From: an uncultured virus (IMG/VR IMGVR_UViG_2912927692_000003) | Lineage: Duplodnaviria > Heunggongvirae > Uroviricota > Caudoviricetes | Length of the DNA: 64,000 nucleotides | Direction: 5' to 3' (one strand) | IMG/VR virus record: IMGVR_UViG_2912927692_000003 | Part shown: piece after piece, positions 9,456 through 18,991 of the stretch | Layout of the letters: every line of letters begins with the position of its first letter | Numbering within the stretch: position 1 is the first letter of the stretch | The notes under the pieces: model-generated | Told to the model about the DNA's origin: nothing | Database searches by the model: none | The model's input: only the letters and a program-made list of their open reading frames with translations | Made by a program: the position numbers and the translations under genes

Positions 9456-12082
9456 GCGGCGGGTTCCTTCTGGATGATTTCAGCATCAGCCTCGAGCAGG
9501 GCGAACAGGTCGGGCATGGCCATCTCTTCCTCCGCGGACTTGCAATAGCCGGCACCGTCCAGGAAGTAGCGGGAGTTCAGTTCGTGGGCGCGGGTTCTGC
9601 GCTTGAGCTTCAGCGCGCAGTACGGGACGGTCATGATCCCGCCGAAGGGATCGAAGACCAGGTCTCCTTCCATGGAGTACTGCACGATGGCCCGGTCGAC
9701 GATGTCGAACTGCAGCGGGCACAGGTGCATTTCCTGGCCCTTGCTGTACTGCTGGGCGTTGAGCGTCCGCATGCGGGCGACGTCGGTCCATACGTCCGGG
9801 TGCCAGGACTGCGGTGGCAGCAGCATGAAGCCGGTGGGCAGCTTCCCGGTGACCTCCAGCGATTCGCCGATGCGGACGTGGTGCTCGAAGTCGTAGACGG
9901 TGGACAGGCTGTAGTCGCGGTACAGCTTGAACATCACGTCGTGCGGAATGCCTTCGAAGTCCGCTTCAGTCAGCGGACGGTTGCCGTTGCTGCGGGTGAA
10001 GCCGTGGGCGTCCAACTGCCAGCGTGCCCGGCTGTAGCCGTTGCCGCGGGTGACGGTGAGCTTCTTGTCCATGGCGAAGGGGACGATTTGGCCGTCTTCG
10101 TCGATGCACAGAGGCTTTGCCTTGACCACCGGCACGTCGCCGTAGGCGTTGGAGTTGTCGGTGGGCGGCTTGCGGAAGATCAGCAAGTACTCGGGCATGC
10201 CGACACCCATCTTGGTGCCGTCCTTGCACTGCTCCGTCCACGAAAGGCGGTAGGTCTGGGCGTTCTCGCGAACCACGTCGGTGACGATGGTCTTCATGCC
10301 CATATAGGCCCAGCCATGCTTGACGAAGGCTCGAGTCACTTCCATGTGGAAGGGGTAGACGGTCTGGAAGCCAAGGCCGGTCATTCCGCCGGGAATGATG
10401 CGATCCTTCACGTGGATGCAGGCCAGACGCCCGGGGATGGTCACGCGCAGCAGTTCCGGGATCAGATAGTCCATCTGCTCGAAGAAGTGCGCGTTGTCGT
10501 CGGTGTGGCCGAAGTCGGCGTAGTTCGGCGAGTACTCGTACTGGGTGCTGAAGGGGATGCTGGTGATGGTCAAGCCGACGCTGTTGCTTTCCATGCGGCG
10601 GGTTTCGAGCACGGTGTCGTTGTTGACGATGGTGTAGTCCTTGCCCTTGATCTCGACGCGCTCCACGCCCATGGAGCGGGTGAGGGTCTGTGCCATGGCG
10701 GCCACGGACAGACCGTACTGCTTGATGATCTCGGTCATGCGCTGAACCATGGTGTTGTGCTGCTGCCACTTCCGTTCGAGTTGGCGGCGGATGTCGCGCT
10801 CGGCCTCGGTATAGATCAGGTCGATGCGCACGCGGCCGGTCTGCAGGAATCGGTGCAGGCGGTGAATGGACTGGATGAAGTCGTTGAACTTGAAGCCGAT
10901 GCCCAGGTAGATGGCCCACGAGCAGTGGCGCTGGAAGTTGCAGCCGCTGCCTGCGATCACCGGCTTGGCAGCCAGTTCCTGGAACTCGCCGTCGCTGAAC
11001 TGGACAATCGCGCGCTCGCGCTCCTCCAGATCCTGGGCGCCGTAGACGCTGACGGCGGCGGGGATAGCGGCCTCGATCGCGTGGCGTTCCGCCTCGAGGT
11101 CATGCCAGATGATCCGGTGAGCATCTGGAGCCTCGGCCCGGATCTCCATCAGTTTGGCGATCCGGGCAGGAAGGCTCTCGCGCTTCTCTGCGGCGGCGTC
11201 CTGCACGCCAATGGCGGTGTTGCGAAGCAGGCGGCCCTGGCCGTTACGCTCATGGCCAGCGTGCGAGTGGTCGGACGGTACTTCGTGCCAGCGGATGTCC
11301 AGTTCCGGTAGCGCGTAGCCTTCGTCGCTGAACCCGAGGTCGCTGGGGCGCTGAACGAAGATCGCCCAGGACGCCACCCACATCCAGAACTCGCCCTCTT
11401 TGTGGGCATGGATGGTGAGTTGGTCGGCCTTCTCAGAGTTGCGTTTGAAGAACCTGGTCTTGGCCTGGCCGACATCCATCACGCCGAGGAAGGCCGAGTA
11501 AGCCAGTAGCTCGATGTATTCGTTCGGGCTTGGCGTGGCAGTGGCCACGTACCGGTACCGGACGCCATCGCCGCGGATGCCGGCGGCGCGATCGTCACCA
11601 GCGAACAGAGCCATGAACTCGCGGAACGTCTTGCTGCCGCCGAAGCCGCGAAGGCAACTGGCTTCGTCCAGGCTTGCCACGCTGAACCGGCGAGGGTCGA
11701 GCTTGCCGTCGCGGACGGTCTCGTAATTGGTCAGGTAGATGGTGGCGGGGTCGTCTACCTCGTCGAAACTGCGGATGAACCGGACGGTGATGCCGAGCAT
11801 CGCGGCGTCGCGGTAGAACTCCTGGCGCACACCCAACGGAATGGTGATGAGAGCGTAGCCGCCGGCTAGGTCGCGGGTGACGCGCACCACCTCAAGCTGC
11901 ATTACCGACTTGCCCAGGCCGAAGGCCGCGAAACAGGCCGCGCGGCCTTGGCGCACCAGCCAGGTAGCGATGGCGCGCTGGTGCGGCTTGAGCAGGGGGT
12001 TGAAGGCCGAGGGCTCCACTTCGAAGCCTTTCGGCTCGGCGAGGCGGACCTTCGCTCGCAAGAAGTCTTCATAGGCGGTCAT
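9452..12082 (-). CDS. SF2 helicase fused to N4-C/N6-A (beta-class) DNA methyltransferase
   Basis: FGLGKS, DEAS, TATP, QSIHRLHR; then TSIPF, HLCPLQ, VFDPFGG; AAGGA RBS. Confidence 0.88.
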   Translation of the reverse strand: MTAYEDFLRAKVRLAEPKGFEVEPSAFNPLLKPHQRAIATWLVRQGRAACFAAFGLGKSVMQLEVVRVTRDLAGGYALITIPLGVRQEFYRDAAMLGITVRFIRSFDEVDDPATIYLTNYETVRDGKLDPRRFSVASLDEASCLRGFGGSKTFREFMALFAGDDRAAGIRGDGVRYRYVATATPSPNEYIELLAYSAFLGVMDVGQAKTRFFKRNSEKADQLTIHAHKEGEFWMWVASWAIFVQRPSDLGFSDEGYALPELDIRWHEVPSDHSHAGHERNGQGRLLRNTAIGVQDAAAEKRESLPARIAKLMEIRAEAPDAHRIIWHDLEAERHAIEAAIPAAVSVYGAQDLEERERAIVQFSDGEFQELAAKPVIAGSGCNFQRHCSWAIYLGIGFKFNDFIQSIHRLHRFLQTGRVRIDLIYTEAERDIRRQLERKWQQHNTMVQRMTEIIKQYGLSVAAMAQTLTRSMGVERVEIKGKDYTIVNNDTVLETRRMESNSVGLTITSIPFSTQYEYSPNYADFGHTDDNAHFFEQMDYLIPELLRVTIPGRLACIHVKDRIIPGGMTGLGFQTVYPFHMEVTRAFVKHGWAYMGMKTIVTDVVRENAQTYRLSWTEQCKDGTKMGVGMPEYLLIFRKPPTDNSNAYGDVPVVKAKPLCIDEDGQIVPFAMDKKLTVTRGNGYSRARWQLDAHGFTRSNGNRPLTEADFEGIPHDVMFKLYRDYSLSTVYDFEHHVRIGESLEVTGKLPTGFMLLPPQSWHPDVWTDVARMRTLNAQQYSKGQEMHLCPLQFDIVDRAIVQYSMEGDLVFDPFGGIMTVPYCALKLKRRTRAHELNSRYFLDGAGYCKSAEEEMAMPDLFALLEADAEIIQKEPAA

Positions 12083-12101
12083 GCTGTTTCCTTGAGGAAC
12101 G

Positions 12102-12184
12102 GCACGCACCGGACGCCGCCCTGCCTGACAGGGCGGCCCACGAGGCATGGTTGAATCGCCCACAGGGCGGCGTCCGGTGCGTGC
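12102..12184. repeat. Perfect 22-bp inverted repeat with a competing internal 9-bp hairpin
   Basis: GCACGCACCGGACGCCGCCCTG (12102-12123) / CAGGGCGGCGTCCGGTGCGTGC (12163-12184); alternative partner CAGGGCGGC at 12129-12137. Confidence 0.9.
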
Positions 12185-12226
12185 TGGAAGAGATAGCGCC
12201 CCGGGTGGGGCGCTCGGCGGGTGGCG

Positions 12227-12436
12227 TTAGAGCGGGCGGATACTGCGCGCCACTTTCGGGTCACGCTGGATGTAGCCCTTGTTCTCGAGGGCGGTCAGGC
12301 GCTGCTGGATGGCGAACTGGCGGACGCCGGCCTTGGCTGCCAGTTCTGCGACGGTGGGTGCGTAGCCTTTCTCCGCCCAGAACGCTCGGATGTGCCCGAG
12401 CGTTTCGTTCTGCATCGTCGAGGGGGCCGACTTCAC
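12227..12436 (-). CDS. Stand-alone LexA-type winged-helix DNA-binding domain
   Basis: [31 protein letters not shown] resembles the LexA N-domain; no peptidase domain. Confidence 0.8.
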   Translation of the reverse strand: MKSAPSTMQNETLGHIRAFWAEKGYAPTVAELAAKAGVRQFAIQQRLTALENKGYIQRDPKVARSIRPL

Positions 12437-13659
12437 GACAGAACCTCGCGAGATCCGTCTCCCTTCATCGACCCGACGATATTCAGCAATTCCATTTCCT
12501 CGACCAGACGGGCCGCGCGGTTGTAACCGATCTTGAGTTTGTGCTGGATGGCGGAGATCGAAGCGCGGCGCGTCTCGCGGACGAAGCGAATGGCTTCCTT
12601 CAGCAGCGGGTCGTCACCGGGCCCGTTGGCCTGGGGGATATGGAGGGTCGCGGTGATACCGTCGCGCATCCCTAGCGCCTTGGTTACGTCGATGCCGGCG
12701 CCAGGCGCTGGCTCGGGCTCATCGTACGCACCGTCGATTCCCTGCGGGAACTCTTCGCCGCCCAAGGCCTCCACCAGTTGCGGTATGAACTCGCGGAAGG
12801 TGAGCATCATCAGGACGAAGCTGGCATCGGCCTGGGCGAACTCGTCGGAGTCCCTGCCGGCGTCGTCCAGAGCCCGCTCCTGCAGCAGGTCGTCGAAGCG
12901 GAGGCTGCGGATCACCAGACCCTCGTCGAGCACGAAGTAGAGGTCTTTCTTCCAGGCGAGAGCGAGCTTGGTGACGCTCTTACCTGAGTCGAGGTGCTGG
13001 CGGATCACGTCGCTCGTCAGGTCTTGGTGCTTGGCGGTGATGCTGCCTTGCTCGTCGGTGTCGCGGAGCAGGGCGCCGTCGCACAGCCAGAAGTCGCCAC
13101 CCGCATTGGTTTCTTGGCTTCGCAGCCACTCGGTCATGGTGGCCGTCGGCGAAACCTTGGTTGCCATCGGTCGGACGGGGAGAGAGCCCAAGGCCTCGCG
13201 TAAGGTCGACAGTAGATCCTCGGCGGCCTTCGGCGTGGCGGTGTCTACGATCACCAGGCCTTCCGCCGGCATGATTGCGGCGAAGGTGCGCTTGCGGCGG
13301 CTGAACGCGCGCGGTAGGAGGGTCTGGACGATCTCGTCCTTCAACTGGTCGCGCTCTTTCTTGTAGACCTTGCGCTGCTGGGTTTCCTCGATCTCTTCGA
13401 CCTTCTCCTTCAGCGCGTCGTTGACCACGCTGCCAGGCAGGATCTTCTCCTCCTTGCGGCAGCAGATCAGCCAGAATCCGTTCGCCTCGCGTACCAGCGG
13501 TGCGTCACCCTTGCCGACCGGCGGAGCGAAGCCGTAGGTGGTCAACTCCTGGGAGGCACAGGGGCGTGCCGGCTTGCTCGCCAGGGCACTTTCCAGAGCG
13601 CTGGCCGTTGTGTCGATGGGTTGGGTGAGGCGGTAGATCAGTAGGTTGCGGAACCACAT
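12433..13659 (-). CDS. rdgC: Recombination-associated protein RdgC fused to C-terminal FtsK gamma domain
   Basis: [40 protein letters not shown]-terminal [27 protein letters not shown]. Confidence 0.92.
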   Translation of the reverse strand: MWFRNLLIYRLTQPIDTTASALESALASKPARPCASQELTTYGFAPPVGKGDAPLVREANGFWLICCRKEEKILPGSVVNDALKEKVEEIEETQQRKVYKKERDQLKDEIVQTLLPRAFSRRKRTFAAIMPAEGLVIVDTATPKAAEDLLSTLREALGSLPVRPMATKVSPTATMTEWLRSQETNAGGDFWLCDGALLRDTDEQGSITAKHQDLTSDVIRQHLDSGKSVTKLALAWKKDLYFVLDEGLVIRSLRFDDLLQERALDDAGRDSDEFAQADASFVLMMLTFREFIPQLVEALGGEEFPQGIDGAYDEPEPAPGAGIDVTKALGMRDGITATLHIPQANGPGDDPLLKEAIRFVRETRRASISAIQHKLKIGYNRAARLVEEMELLNIVGSMKGDGSREVLS

Positions 13660-13685
13660 GGGGCTGTCTCCGGGCGGCCCGGCGC

Positions 13686-14183
13686 TCAGACGATGCGCCA
13701 GAGCCTGCGGTAGGGGTTGTCGAAGGGGATGTCGTCGTCGTAGCTGTCGTAGTCGGTCGCCGGTTGCGGCTGGTGGTGAGTGGTCGGCCGCGGTGGCGGC
13801 TCGCGGCCAGGGCCACGCGCCTGGCCTGCCTGCTCAGGCTTGCCGCCGAGCAGTTGCATGTTGCCGTTGATGTCGACCACTACCTCGGTGCTGTAGTGGT
13901 CCTGGCCGTCCTGGCCCTGCCACTTGCGGGTGCGTAGGCTGCCTTCGATGTAGACCTGGGAGCCCTTTCGCAGGTATTGCGCTGCGATTTCGGCCAGCCG
14001 GCCAAAGAGCACGACCCGGTGCCACTCGGTGCGCTCCTGCTGCTGGCCGGTCTGCTTGTCTTTCCAGCTTTCGCTAGTGGCCAGACTGAGGGAGGTGACC
14101 GCCTTTCCGCCCGGGGTAGATCTTGCGTCTGGATCCTGGCCCAGATGGCCGACCAGGATTACCTTGTTCACTCCGCGTGCCAT
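13686..14183 (-). CDS. ssb: Single-stranded DNA-binding protein
   Basis: [42 protein letters not shown]. Confidence 0.97.
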   Translation of the reverse strand: MARGVNKVILVGHLGQDPDARSTPGGKAVTSLSLATSESWKDKQTGQQQERTEWHRVVLFGRLAEIAAQYLRKGSQVYIEGSLRTRKWQGQDGQDHYSTEVVVDINGNMQLLGGKPEQAGQARGPGREPPPRPTTHHQPQPATDYDSYDDDIPFDNPYRRLWRIV

Positions 14184-14186
14184 GGC

Positions 14187-14792
14187 TCAGGCCTCCGCCT
14201 CAGCCGGCGGCACCGAACTGGCCGGCGCCACATCGACTCCCTGCAAAGCGAAGTAGATGCGGGCGCAGGCTTGGGCGTCCGGCATCGCGCGGTGAGCCTC
14301 CACCAGGTCTTCCCCGGTGAAGTGCTTGTATGCCTCGGCCAAGGTCGGCAGCTTGTTGCGGGGAAGCGCGACCTGTGCGCGGGAGCGATAGCAGGTGCAG
14401 AACTTCTCACCCGATTCCTTGAAGGCGTTGGCCGCAGCATCGTCCTGGTAGCGCATCAGCGCGATGCGAGTGATACGGTCGTCGAAGCTGATGTTGTGCG
14501 CCGCGCGGCGGGCTGCGCGGCCGTTGATCGCAAGAAAGCCCTCCAGAGCCTCGGCCTCGCTGATGCCAACATCCATCGCCTGTTCGTGGCTGATGCCGTG
14601 GATCGCTGTCATTTCGGGGGTGATTTCCCAGCCGTTGGGTCGCACGATCGCCTCAAAGCGATCGATGGTGTTGCCGGCGGCATCGCAGAGTAGAGCGGCA
14701 ACTTCCACGATGTGGGGCTGGCACGGGTCTTCACTGGGCAACTTCCACTCGGGAATACCCGTCGTTTCGAAGTCGAAAATGTTGGTGAGCAT
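14187..14792 (-). CDS. DEDDh 3'-5' exonuclease (DnaQ-like)
   Basis: FDFETTG, AHNISFD, AHRAMPD. Confidence 0.92.
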   Translation of the reverse strand: MLTNIFDFETTGIPEWKLPSEDPCQPHIVEVAALLCDAAGNTIDRFEAIVRPNGWEITPEMTAIHGISHEQAMDVGISEAEALEGFLAINGRAARRAAHNISFDDRITRIALMRYQDDAAANAFKESGEKFCTCYRSRAQVALPRNKLPTLAEAYKHFTGEDLVEAHRAMPDAQACARIYFALQGVDVAPASSVPPAEAEA

Positions 14793-14901
14793 GGTCTGTC
14801 CTCAGTGGTTGGGCATCAGGCTGCGCGCTCGATGAACGCGCACCCGGATGCCGCACCGGCGGCGGGCGCCGGCGCAGGCGGTTCGGAGGGGTCGGGGGGG
14901 A

Positions 14902-15456
14902 TTAGGAGGAGGGGTGCTTGCGGTAGCCGATGGCGTACAACCGTTCAGCCTGTTCGCGCGTGAGCATGAACGTACAGGAGCCAACCTTGTACTGGTAGTC
15001 GCTGAGCATGGCATCGACAGCCTGGGCGGCGATCTGCTCGGGGGTGGGGAGCGGGCGGAACAGCATGTCGCGCGTGCGGTAGTACTGTTCTTGGCCGTTG
15101 TCGTACGCAACTAACGACTCGTCGCTGATGTACCGAATTTCACAGCGCCGATACTCCGGCCAGATCATGTGCCTGTATTCGCATTCCACGCCGACCGGCG
15201 GCAGGCCGTCTTGGCCGTTCCACTGTATGACAGGCTCCTTTGCCTCATCAGCCACAGGACGACGTTCCACCAGTCGCCATGCGTGGTCCAGTTTGGTCAT
15301 GTCGCAGGTGTTGAAGTCTGGCCGCAGGTTGCCCACGCGCTGGCGTTTGCTGATCCGGCAGCCCCATCCTTCAACCCAGTACATATCGTTGCCGTGCTCG
15401 GTAGTGACCACTGCCTGCGCCCAATGAGGCGCGATGCTCCAGTCGATACTGGTCAT
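14902..15456 (-). CDS. Hypothetical protein with own RBS, currently in frame with the upstream gene
   Basis: AAGGA RBS before ATG 15456; IDWSIAPHWA..WNGQDGLPPVGVECE. Confidence 0.7.
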   Translation of the reverse strand: MTSIDWSIAPHWAQAVVTTEHGNDMYWVEGWGCRISKRQRVGNLRPDFNTCDMTKLDHAWRLVERRPVADEAKEPVIQWNGQDGLPPVGVECEYRHMIWPEYRRCEIRYISDESLVAYDNGQEQYYRTRDMLFRPLPTPEQIAAQAVDAMLSDYQYKVGSCTFMLTREQAERLYAIGYRKHPSS

Positions 15457-15503
15457 TCTCGTTTCCTTGAACTGTGCCGGCGTGGCCGGCGCGAGGTGGC
15501 TAG

Positions 15504-16521
15504 TCAGGCCGCTTTCGCGGGGGGCCTTTTCGACGATCACGCCCGGCAGATTCAGCGTTTGGCCCTTGCTGTTGGCCAGGTTGTCCAGGGCCGGCTGGTC
15601 GACGACGAGCAAGTCCTCGGTGGCCAGGCCTTCGGCGATGGCGGCGATGAGCGCGGTTTTATCAACGACGCGGGCGCGCCACTGGGTAGCGCTGGGCTCT
15701 GCTGCCTTGCTGGCTGGCTTGATCTGGGCGGGTGCTGGTGCAGCCTCGACCCTCGGCGCCTCCGGATCGACAGCGGCGGGTGTCTCCTGCTCGGCGAGTT
15801 GCTGGCGCGCCGCGGCAAGCTCTCGCTGCTGGCGTGCCAGTTCTTCGCGTTGGCGTTGCATTTCCTCCTGTTGGCGGCGCATTTCCGCGTCTTGCTCCTC
15901 CATGCGGCGGCGCATTTCGGCTTGCTGGGCTTCCAACTCCTGCCGCTGGCGCTCCGCTTGCTCGAAGGCCAGGCGGTCGGTCAGCATTTGGGTCAGTTCG
16001 TCCATGGCCGTCTGCTGTGCGGCTTGGGCTTCCTTCGTCAAGTCGTAGAAGTCGTGTGCTGTGTCGATTTCGCCACAGCGGTCGATCATCGCGGCAATCT
16101 CGTCGCTGGTCTTGCCGCGTACCTGGGCCGGCATCCCTTTGATGGCGTCGACCTTCGACAGCAGGCGTGCGATCCGTTCCTGGCGCTCGCGTTCGACGCG
16201 ATCGTCGACCTCCTTCTTGGCGGCCTTCATCGGATCTTCCAACGTCACCAGTGCGGCGGTGATCCGCTTCGCCTCGGCGTCGATGATCTGGCCTGCCTCG
16301 ATGTAAGGCGCCTTTTCACGCTTGCGAGCGGCTTCCAGGCTGGTGCGCAGTGTGGTCAATTCCTTGATACCGGCCTTGATGAACTCGTAGCCATCGGCGG
16401 TATTGGCGTCCGGCAGCGTCGCGTACTTCTCGCGAAGTTTTGCCAGGGCGGCGTTGGTTGCGTTGTACTCGGCGACCTCGACGGTACCGTTTTCCAGGTC
16501 AACATTTTTCAGGATGGTCAT
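15504..16521 (-). CDS. Coiled-coil recombination-module protein; natural stop apparently displaced by an extra base in a G6 run
   Basis: GAGGA RBS; long coiled coil; removing one base at 15519-15524 gives ..KAPAKAA-stop at 15504. Confidence 0.7.
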
Positions 16522-16525
16522 GGTG

Positions 16526-17281
16526 TCATTCCTCGGGGCTGGTAGGAGCGGGGGAAAGCTGGCGCAGGCGCTCATCGGCGGCTTCATTCACGCGCAGCTC
16601 AATCTCTGAGGGGTTGAAGTTGACGACTGGCGCTTTGGCGCGGGCCTTCTCGGCGACTTGCTTACGCATTAACTCCAGGGCGCGGGAGTTCGGTGCCGCG
16701 GCGATCGCGTCGAGTTGTGCGCGAAGCCAGGTCTTGAATTCGTCCTTGGCTTCGTCCAGGGCTGTCTCGGGATCGCCGGCATCGGCCAGGCGCTCTTTCA
16801 GCTTCAGGCCTTCGACATAGGTCGTGTCGTCGAACATGCCCATGTGAATGTCGGCGCTGAACCCGAGGAGTGACAGACACTTCTTGATGGCGTCGGTGAG
16901 TGACTTCTTGCCGTAGTCGTGGTCAGTCTTGAAGCCCCACTCGGTCTTGTAGACGTAGGGGGTGTGCCCGTATTGGCGGGCGTGATTGATCGTCCCGTCG
17001 TGGCGATACCAGAGTTCGATGTACAGGGTGTGGGTCTTGTCGTGGCAGATGACCGCACCGTTCTTATCGAGGTGCGGTGCGCCTTCATCGAAGCGCTCTA
17101 CCAAGACTTTCCAGCCCCAGCCCTTGCCGACGGGGCCGAATAGCTCAGTCGCACGACGGACGATATACAAGCCGTTGATGGACGTCATGTCCTGACCGTT
17201 GAGCTTCGCCTGCCTTGTGTACCTGGTGTCCGTCTCTTTCACCTGGTCCCAGATAGCCATGTTGCTATTCATGTTTGTCAT
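16526..17281 (-). CDS. Rad52/Sak-like single-strand annealing protein
   Basis: ATELFGPVGKGWGW..KKSLTDAIKKCLSLLGFSADIH; beside ssb and exonuclease. Confidence 0.75.
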   Translation of the reverse strand: MTNMNSNMAIWDQVKETDTRYTRQAKLNGQDMTSINGLYIVRRATELFGPVGKGWGWKVLVERFDEGAPHLDKNGAVICHDKTHTLYIELWYRHDGTINHARQYGHTPYVYKTEWGFKTDHDYGKKSLTDAIKKCLSLLGFSADIHMGMFDDTTYVEGLKLKERLADAGDPETALDEAKDEFKTWLRAQLDAIAAAPNSRALELMRKQVAEKARAKAPVVNFNPSEIELRVNEAADERLRQLSPAPTSPEE

Positions 17282-17430
17282 GGTGTTGCTCGCTTGACGG
17301 CTGCCGGCGCCGTGGCTGGTTGTTCCGCGGTAATCAGTCCGCCCCAGATCGGGCCTAGGGCGAGAATGAGCAGGAAGAGGAGGCCGCCAATCAGGCCGCC
17401 CACCCAGATGGCTTTGCGTTTCGCGTTCAT
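17278..17430 (-). CDS. Small membrane protein
   Basis: MNAKRKAIWVGGLIGGLLFLLILALG; ATGA-coupled. Confidence 0.65.
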   Translation of the reverse strand: MNAKRKAIWVGGLIGGLLFLLILALGPIWGGLITAEQPATAPAAVKRATP

Positions 17431-17546
17431 GTCGGGAGCATCCTGTAGATCAGCCAGCCGTAAAACGGAGCCACCAGGGCCAGCACGCCGATGGCCGACG
17501 CAACTTCGGTGAGCGCCCGGCGGGCGCCAGTCGCATTTGGCTTCAT
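17427..17546 (-). CDS. 39-aa membrane peptide (not in ORF track)
   Basis: MKPNATGARRALTEVASAIGVLALVAPFYGWLIYRMLPT; ATGA overlaps at both ends. Confidence 0.6.
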   Translation of the reverse strand: MKPNATGARRALTEVASAIGVLALVAPFYGWLIYRMLPT

Positions 17547-17914
17547 GCGGAGGCCCCTCCCTTGGCTTTGTCGATTGCGCTTCGGGCCGCCTCGATCGCC
17601 GCAGTTGTGATCGCGTTGCGATGCTGCGGCAGATAGCCGACCAGCGCGCAGTACGCCTGCTCCAGGGCGATGAGTAATTCGGGGCCGTAGCTTTCAACGC
17701 GCCGCCGTGCTGCGCGTTCCGCCCGCTTGCGGTTGTCGCGCTCGATTGCAGACTGCGCTTCCTGTTCGGTGGCGTAGAACCTGTACCAGTCAGCGCGCTT
17801 CGCGATGCGCGTGCCGTCGGCTCGAACGTAGTAGGCCTTCGTTTCCCGAACGAACTCACAGCGGCTAGCTGCGTCTCGGCCGGCCCGGACTTGAAAACGG
17901 GTGATTGGATTCAT
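17543..17914 (-). CDS. Hypothetical protein
   Basis: ATGA-coupled ORF in early operon. Confidence 0.65.
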   Translation of the reverse strand: MNPITRFQVRAGRDAASRCEFVRETKAYYVRADGTRIAKRADWYRFYATEQEAQSAIERDNRKRAERAARRRVESYGPELLIALEQAYCALVGYLPQHRNAITTAAIEAARSAIDKAKGGASA

Positions 17915-18138
17915 ACCCGAGTGCTCCTGAGTTCTGCCCAGCGGGCGTCCGCCGCGGCGTCGAGCCGGCGGCGCATGTCGTCGTATTGCCGAGTGCCGAT
18001 GGCGTCGAGGGTGTAGGCCATCTCGATCTGGCCGCGCCATACCAACTGGTCGTGGCGCGGGATCACCGACCGACGCATTGCGACGATCGCTTCCTCGATC
18101 ACGCCCTCGGCGCGTTCATTCGCCCAGGCCATCGTCAT
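17911..18138 (-). CDS. Hypothetical protein
   Basis: GGAGG RBS; coupled to downstream gene. Confidence 0.65.
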   Translation of the reverse strand: MTMAWANERAEGVIEEAIVAMRRSVIPRHDQLVWRGQIEMAYTLDAIGTRQYDDMRRRLDAAADARWAELRSTRV

Positions 18139-18262
18139 CCTCCTGCTCTTCGTCGTCGGGCTCCGGGTCCGGCTGGTCCCAGAGCGGGTCTCTGGCGAAG
18201 TCCCAGGCGTGCTGGGCGTTGCTGAAAGCCGCGCGGTTGCGGCGCTCGCGGTATGTCCACAT
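18116..18262 (-). CDS. 48-aa peptide, basic N-terminus and acidic tail (not in ORF track)
   Basis: MWTYRERRNRAAF..DPEPDDEEQEDDDGLGE; ACGGAG RBS. Confidence 0.6.
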   Translation of the reverse strand: MWTYRERRNRAAFSNAQHAWDFARDPLWDQPDPEPDDEEQEDDDGLGE

Positions 18263-18361
18263 CGGGATGCTCTCCGTGGTTCACCTGCATTCGGCAGCAC
18301 CCAGGCGCACGGCAGTCGCGCCCGGTGGGGCGCCGTGGTGGGTGCTCTCGAATGGAGGTTG

Positions 18362-18385
18362 AAAAAAGCCCGGCCGGAGCCGGGC
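18362..18385 (-). terminator. Rho-independent terminator within early operon
   Basis: GCCCGGC-TCCG-GCCGGGC followed by T6 on minus strand. Confidence 0.85.
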
Positions 18386-18428
18386 GAAGAGGGGGAACGC
18401 TGCGCCCTGGCTAAGCCAGGGAATCGGA

Positions 18429-18692
18429 TTAGGTGTTGAACCGATGCGCGCGGGTTGCGTAGCACCAGATCGGCCACATCTGCATCGCGGCGGCGATATT
18501 CGCGTTCGTACCTTCCCACCCCTCAAGCAGCGTCTCTGCCTGCTCACGAAGGGGCTTGGCTGATTCGAGTTCAAAGCGCTGCTCGCTATAACGCGCTGCA
18601 AACTCGCGGCTGATGTTGAAGACTGTGGTGGCCATGGTCAGTACCATGTCCTCAGCAATCTCAGCCGGGCTGCGTCCGTAAGTGGCGGCCAT
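18429..18692 (-). CDS. Hypothetical protein
   Basis: ORF with RBS in early operon. Confidence 0.65.
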   Translation of the reverse strand: MAATYGRSPAEIAEDMVLTMATTVFNISREFAARYSEQRFELESAKPLREQAETLLEGWEGTNANIAAAMQMWPIWCYATRAHRFNT

Positions 18693-18695
18693 CTC

Positions 18696-18908
18696 TCATC
18701 CCTCAATGCTGAAGTGGCGGCGTGCAACCTGCTCCCCGATCTCATCAAGGAGGGCCTCTGCGCCAAAGTGGTTAACGATCTGCTCGATGTCGAAGTTCTC
18801 CATCACCGAGGCGCCGTCCGCATCGAATGCAGAGACTCCAATCGTTGTGCGGCTGGAAGAATCGACATTGATCTTGTAGGCCGTGAAGTTCATAACGCTG
18901 ATGTTCAT
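18696..18908 (-). CDS. Small acidic hypothetical protein
   Basis: ACGGAG RBS; 70 aa. Confidence 0.7.
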   Translation of the reverse strand: MNISVMNFTAYKINVDSSSRTTIGVSAFDADGASVMENFDIEQIVNHFGAEALLDEIGEQVARRHFSIEG

Positions 18909-18991
18909 GGTGAAGTCTCCGTTGTGCGCGCCGTTGGACCGGCGAGCACTCGCCGTGGGTTAAACGTCCGGCAATGGGCCAGGCGCCGAAG

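Noticed and set aside
14902..16587. 561-aa ORF as one evolved protein
   Set aside because: Internal RBS/ATG and a single-base homopolymer shift explain it as two genes
17278..18908. Small early ORFs as anti-CRISPR genes
   Set aside because: No Acr sequence or aca HTH gene recognised; cannot be supported without a search
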